DNA of 63,987 nt, the filler included, from Atractiella rhizophila (taxonomy: Eukaryota): assembly GCA_021432655.1 (NCBI GenBank). It is 6 parts of 4 records of this genome, joined end to end, with 100 filler letters (N's around TTAATTAATTAA, not from the genome) between each part and the next. Parts side by side here need not be neighbours in the genome. Positions count along the whole stretch, not along the records: positions 53,900 to 60,706 come from MU271574.1; positions 60,807 to 62,166 come from MU271577.1; positions 62,267 to 63,987 come from MU271577.1; 3 more parts are not named here. One strand, 5' to 3'. Made by a program: the position numbers and the translations under genes. This document shows positions 60,201 to 63,987 of the stretch, piece by piece; the first letter of the stretch is position 1; the number at the start of each line of letters is the position of its first letter. A model generated the notes under the pieces. The model made no database searches, had not been told where the DNA came from, and saw only the letters and a list, made by a program, of their open reading frames with translations.

Positions 60201-60706
60201 ATGAGAGAGCCGACAACATGACTGTAGGAAATGGTTCGCATCTCTTCTTCATCTTCCTTGGTCTGAGGACAGTCTTGCTTCGATAAACCATGGCCTACAC
60301 TGAGAGGAGTAAGCACAGGCTTGCAGCTATCCATCTTCTGTCAAGAGAGAAGGTCCTTAACGTATTGCTCCTGATCCAACCACATCTTCTTCTGCTTCCT
60401 ATCCCGCCTAATCCTCACTCCAAGCAAAAATTCTGTGGCTCCAAGGTCCCTCAGCTTGAATCTCTTGCTTAACTCCTTCTTGAACTCCTCCACAGCGCTT
60501 CTGGACGTGCTAGCAATCGTTATATCGTCCACAAAGACTGGCACAATCACCTTGACTTCACCATTTGAGTAGATCCAGAGACTGCTGTCACACTTGACTT
60601 TGGTGAAGCCCATAGACACAAGCTCCCTGTCCAGTTTCTTCTGCCATTGACTTCCTCCTTGCCTTGTGCCATAGATTGCTTTGAGGAGTTTGAGAGCGTA
60701 TTCTGG
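57225..60706 (-). mobile_element. Nested, degenerate Ty1/copia retrotransposon cluster
   Basis: RT VFVDDI, LRDLG and VGSLMYLAVATRPDI plus RNase H YCDADFAG at 59780-60706. Second fragment at ~58190-58925 with NPEHHGRIKHLD...ADLLTKAL. PPT AGGTGGGAG abuts TGTTGG LTR starts. In-frame stops present. Confidence 0.92.
57285..58236. repeat. ~488-bp tandem duplication covering copia pol end, PPT, LTR start and flank
   Basis: 57285-57771 vs 57773-58236; a few substitutions and one 23-bp indel. Confidence 0.95.
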
Positions 60707-60806
60707 NNNNNNNNNNNNNNNNNNNNNNNNNNNNNNNNNNNNNNNNNNNNTTAATTAATTAANNNNNNNNNNNNNNNNNNNNNNNNNNNNNNNNNNNNNN
60801 NNNNNN
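60707..60806. other. Artificial contig spacer
   Basis: 44 N + TTAATTAATTAA + 44 N. Confidence 0.99.
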
Positions 60807-61589
60807 GCGGCGCCTCTCTTCTCCCCGTCCCTCTTCTTCGCCCAAGTGCGCCACCGAGGACGCCTCTCCCCGCGCAAATTCAAGTACCCAAAAGCCCAAC
60901 GAGGCGTGTCGCCCATCCCCATAACCTCAGTCAAGGGAACGACGGTCGCTTTTGGGAGCTATGGAGTGCGGATCACGCGTGACTGTTTTATTACGGCAAA
61001 GCAGCTGGAAGGGTGTCAGGAGGTCATTAGGAGGCAGTTGAAGCCTATTCGTGGGTCGCAATGGTGCGTTTTCTCTGGCCTCCTTCTTACTCTTCTGCTT
61101 CTGGTTCTGCTTTGGTTGCTCTGGCGGAATGTGAATTGGAGTGATTGGAACCTGCGTATTGAGAATGGGAACAGGTGGATGCGCGTATTCCCCAACGTCC
61201 CAATCTGCGTCAAAGGCAACGAAACGCGAATGGGAAAAGGCAAAGGTTCCTTCTCCCACTGGGCGACACGATGCAAGCCCGGACGAGTGATATTCGAAGT
61301 CGGTGGTCCGACCCTACGAGAAGAAATCGCACGAGAGAGTGCGTCTTTCTTCCCTCTTTATCTCCATCTCTCTCTGCAGGAAAGCACTCATGACGATGTC
61401 CTATTTCACAATGCAATAGTCGTGGAACTGGTCGGTGCTCGATTACCTAGCCCTTTTGAGTTCGTGAAGAAGGATTCGCCAGCCTTTTTGGGGACTGGAG
61501 CGGTGGGGAAACCTACGGTGAAGGAGAGCGTGGTTGTGCCGACACGGACACCAGCGAAGTCGGAGGAGGTGGTGACAGCAGGACCGTAG
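60807..61589 (+). CDS. MRPL16: Mitochondrial ribosomal protein uL16m (5' truncated)
   Basis: PRKFKYPKAQRG; GTTVAFGSYG; RVFPNVPICVKGNETRMGKGKG; GRVIFE. Confidence 0.93.
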   Translation, partial: AAPLFSPSLFFAQVRHRGRLSPRKFKYPKAQRGVSPIPITSVKGTTVAFGSYGVRITRDCFITAKQLEGCQEVIRRQLKPIRGSQWCVFSGLLLTLLLLVLLWLLWRNVNWSDWNLRIENGNRWMRVFPNVPICVKGNETRMGKGKGSFSHWATRCKPGRVIFEVGGPTLREEIARESASFFPLYLHLSLQESTHDDVLFHNAIVVELVGARLPSPFEFVKKDSPAFLGTGAVGKPTVKESVVVPTRTPAKSEEVVTAGP

Positions 61590-62166
61590 AGTAGGGAAGG
61601 TGCAGGGTGGGTCGGTTCTGTATTATTTATCTCTTCAAAATATTTCGACGCTTAGATAATTTTGCACGCGTCAAACGATCTCGGACAGTGCTGAGAGAGG
61701 TGATTCTCTTTCCACCAAAAGGAAATATCATAACGAGATATCCCTCAGATCTCAGACCAGCTTGTGCAATTGTTCTGAAAAGCAATCCCCCAAAAAAGGG
61801 AGAGATGAGAAAGTTCTTTCAAAATGTCTCAACATCCTAAACAATGGAATCTCGGCAGAGGCTCAGACCTGTCACATTCCTGTCGGCCGGTGTCTTTCAG
61901 GGTACATTCACAGGCACGACTGAGGCCCAGAATAGAGCTAAGTCCAACGGCTTGAAGACTTTTCTTCAAAGTTTAAGAAATGTACGATACGAAAACGCCG
62001 TTGTGGATGTAGTGGATGCGCAGTGGCCGCCGCGGATTTTCGTTTCGAATCGTTTCGAGCGACGGCAGGTTGGCCAACCAAGGCAGCTCGGGAATAACAT
62101 TTTTCTTAGTTAAAGTGTGCTATTCGACTAACATACCTCCCTTTTACGTTATCATGTTGAATAAGC

Positions 62167-62266
62167 NNNNNNNNNNNNNNNNNNNNNNNNNNNNNNNNNN
62201 NNNNNNNNNNTTAATTAATTAANNNNNNNNNNNNNNNNNNNNNNNNNNNNNNNNNNNNNNNNNNNN
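62167..62266. other. Artificial contig spacer
   Basis: 44 N + TTAATTAATTAA + 44 N. Confidence 0.99.
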
Positions 62267-62441
62267 TGGGTCCTGTTTCCATCACATCGATCGCAAGGTA
62301 TAGTTTTCTCAGACTTGAAACAGGTCTCCTTCGAACTACCTCAGGACTAGGATGCTGGCAAAAGAATATATAAAAGGCGAGTATTTCTTCGTTATCCTCC
62401 CAAGTTGAAGAGAAACGCTTGATCTCAGTCCCCAAGTCAGA

Positions 62442-63368
62442 ATGAAAGCCTCGATTGCCGTTTCTCTTGGTCTCTTCGCTGGATTCGCTTCAGCCCGTCC
62501 TAAGCTTCATAGGGAACGCGCGGTTAGGTCGTCGCACCCAGACCCAACCACGAATGCCCCCGAAATCTGTTAGTAATTCTATCGGAACTCTACTTGAATT
62601 CTAACTTCTCCTCAGCGACGCAAGCAATCAGGTGTGAATTTCCAAGTTCTTCGCTAAAAGACTGCGGAAGCTAGACTATTTTGTTAGTTTTGCCAACCTG
62701 GTGCGAATCGAAAGCGAGAGTGGACTGGTTGGTTATCTTTCAGAGGAACTGAGTGCATTTCCCGAACTTCAGCTCCGTCGAATTCTGATTTGCCCTCCCT
62801 CAAAGCGGCTTACTACACACTGGCTCCTACCAACACTACAAGCAGCCGTCAAAAGGTGAACATTGTCACATCCAGTAATCCACCGGTTGTCCACTCGTTA
62901 TTTGGACGATGGCCTCAATTAGGTGTTTCTGTTGGATTTGACGGCGTGAATTGGGGTCCTGGATCTTCTGGGTACATTTATCTGGATCCTTTGTGGGTTG
63001 ACCCATCTCTAATACTTTGTGGTCCTACAGGTATGGTTTCTTGACCTCAATGGATCCTGCTGGCGCCTCTCAAGAAGTATCGACGTGTACCGCAACTGGA
63101 GCCGCCAGTTATCCTTACGTGTGGTCGGTCAATGAAGACAACGACCTTGCTATCGTGTGGACTAATGAAGATGGGAGTTCGTAGTCCTGTCCTTTCCTGA
63201 GACGTTCCTTTGATGCCCACGTGACTAGCCGAAGTACCTACGACTATCTACCAAGACATTACTTATGGGGATCTTGGAGTCACTGGAGACCTTGAAGCCT
63301 TCAAATCCGCCTACAACGATGATGTTGTCGCAGTCAAGTTTATCCTGGAGGAGACTACTTTCCCCTAA
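62442..63368 (+). CDS. Small secreted protein with several micro-exons
   Basis: TATATAAAA ~70 bp upstream; signal peptide MKASIAVSLGLFAGFASA; C-terminal VWSVNEDNDLAIVWTNEDGS...LGVTGDLEAFKSAY; TAA at 63366-63368. Confidence 0.65.
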
Positions 63369-63461
63369 AGAACGGCTTTGTGGGCTCTTATTTGATAAGT
63401 TACTGTGAAGCAAGGACGTCTGAAATAATTTGGAATGACATTATTCCCTCCAGACCAAGCG

Positions 63462-63987
63462 TCACATCACAACGGCGTGCCCATTGGATTTATTGCCTTT
63501 ACTGCCTTCGTTCCTTATCCAGTTCTCCAGCTCACGAAAATGCCGATAAGCACTGCCTCCCTCCTTCACACTATCCCTCCAGGTCTTTCCGAGGCGTTCA
63601 GCATTCCTTCTTTTCCTCTGCGCTTCCTCCCCACTTCGCATCCTAGCGATGACATCCTTTAGTTCCATTCTTCTCGCCTCGCTTGTTCCTTCAATTCTGG
63701 TCCCTCCTGGTCCACCCCTGAAAGCTACACCTTTCTCTAAAGACTCGCCCGTCCGGAATTGCAGAAGCTCGATTCCACAATCGAAATGTTCGGATAGAAG
63801 AACGGAGTTCGTCGCTTGATCTCCCATGAAAGGACACAATATAGTGGGGACGTCAAATATCAGTGTTTCAGTAGTAGAATTCTGACCAGCGTGGGTGAGG
63901 AAGAGACCGAGAGCTGGATGCTGGAGAACTAGTGTTTGAGGGACCCAGTTGAGGAAGAGACAGCGATCTGAGTTGTCTGCAATTTGG
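63462..63987 (-). CDS. UDP-glycosyltransferase (GT1), 3' part
   Basis: PSPG-like box WVPQTLVLQHPALGLFLTHAGQNSTTETLIFDVPTILCPFMGDQ; terminal GGSA. Confidence 0.9.
   Translation of the reverse strand, partial: QIADNSDRCLFLNWVPQTLVLQHPALGLFLTHAGQNSTTETLIFDVPTILCPFMGDQATNSVLLSEHFDCGIELLQFRTGESLEKGVAFRGGPGGTRIEGTSEARRMELKDVIARMRSGEEAQRKRRNAERLGKTWRDSVKEGGSAYRHFRELENWIRNEGSKGNKSNGHAVVM

Overview
Intron-rich, gene-dense fungal nuclear DNA. It is most consistent with a basidiomycete, probably Pucciniomycotina (inferred from short ~50-nt introns, the gene families present and TpCpG-type decay of repeats). The window is six contigs joined by artificial 100-bp spacers (44 N + TTAATTAATTAA + 44 N), so adjacency across them is not evidence of linkage. 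It holds about 30 spliced genes: CK1, a SAC2-like phosphatase, SER1, calnexin, SPC24, NMT1, a DUF2786-like protein, UBA1, an SDR, a PPPDE peptidase, a divergent Pcl-like cyclin, NTH1, a SET protein, an F-box/LRR protein, two tandem aldehyde reductases, an OTU deubiquitinase, EMC2, a siderophore-type MFS transporter, a mitochondrial carrier, ESF1, MRPL16, a secreted protein and a UGT. It also has two convergent tRNA-Asp(GTC) genes and a nested, decayed Ty1/copia cluster. The most striking unexplained signal is the 879-nt first intron of the siderophore transporter. On the sense strand it folds into long-range helices, two pseudoknot-type pairings and a 3' H/ACA-like hairpin, making it a candidate large intronic ncRNA. 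Three other oversized introns also contain hairpins followed by ACA. Exon boundaries and base-pairings were read by eye; no searches or folding programs were run.
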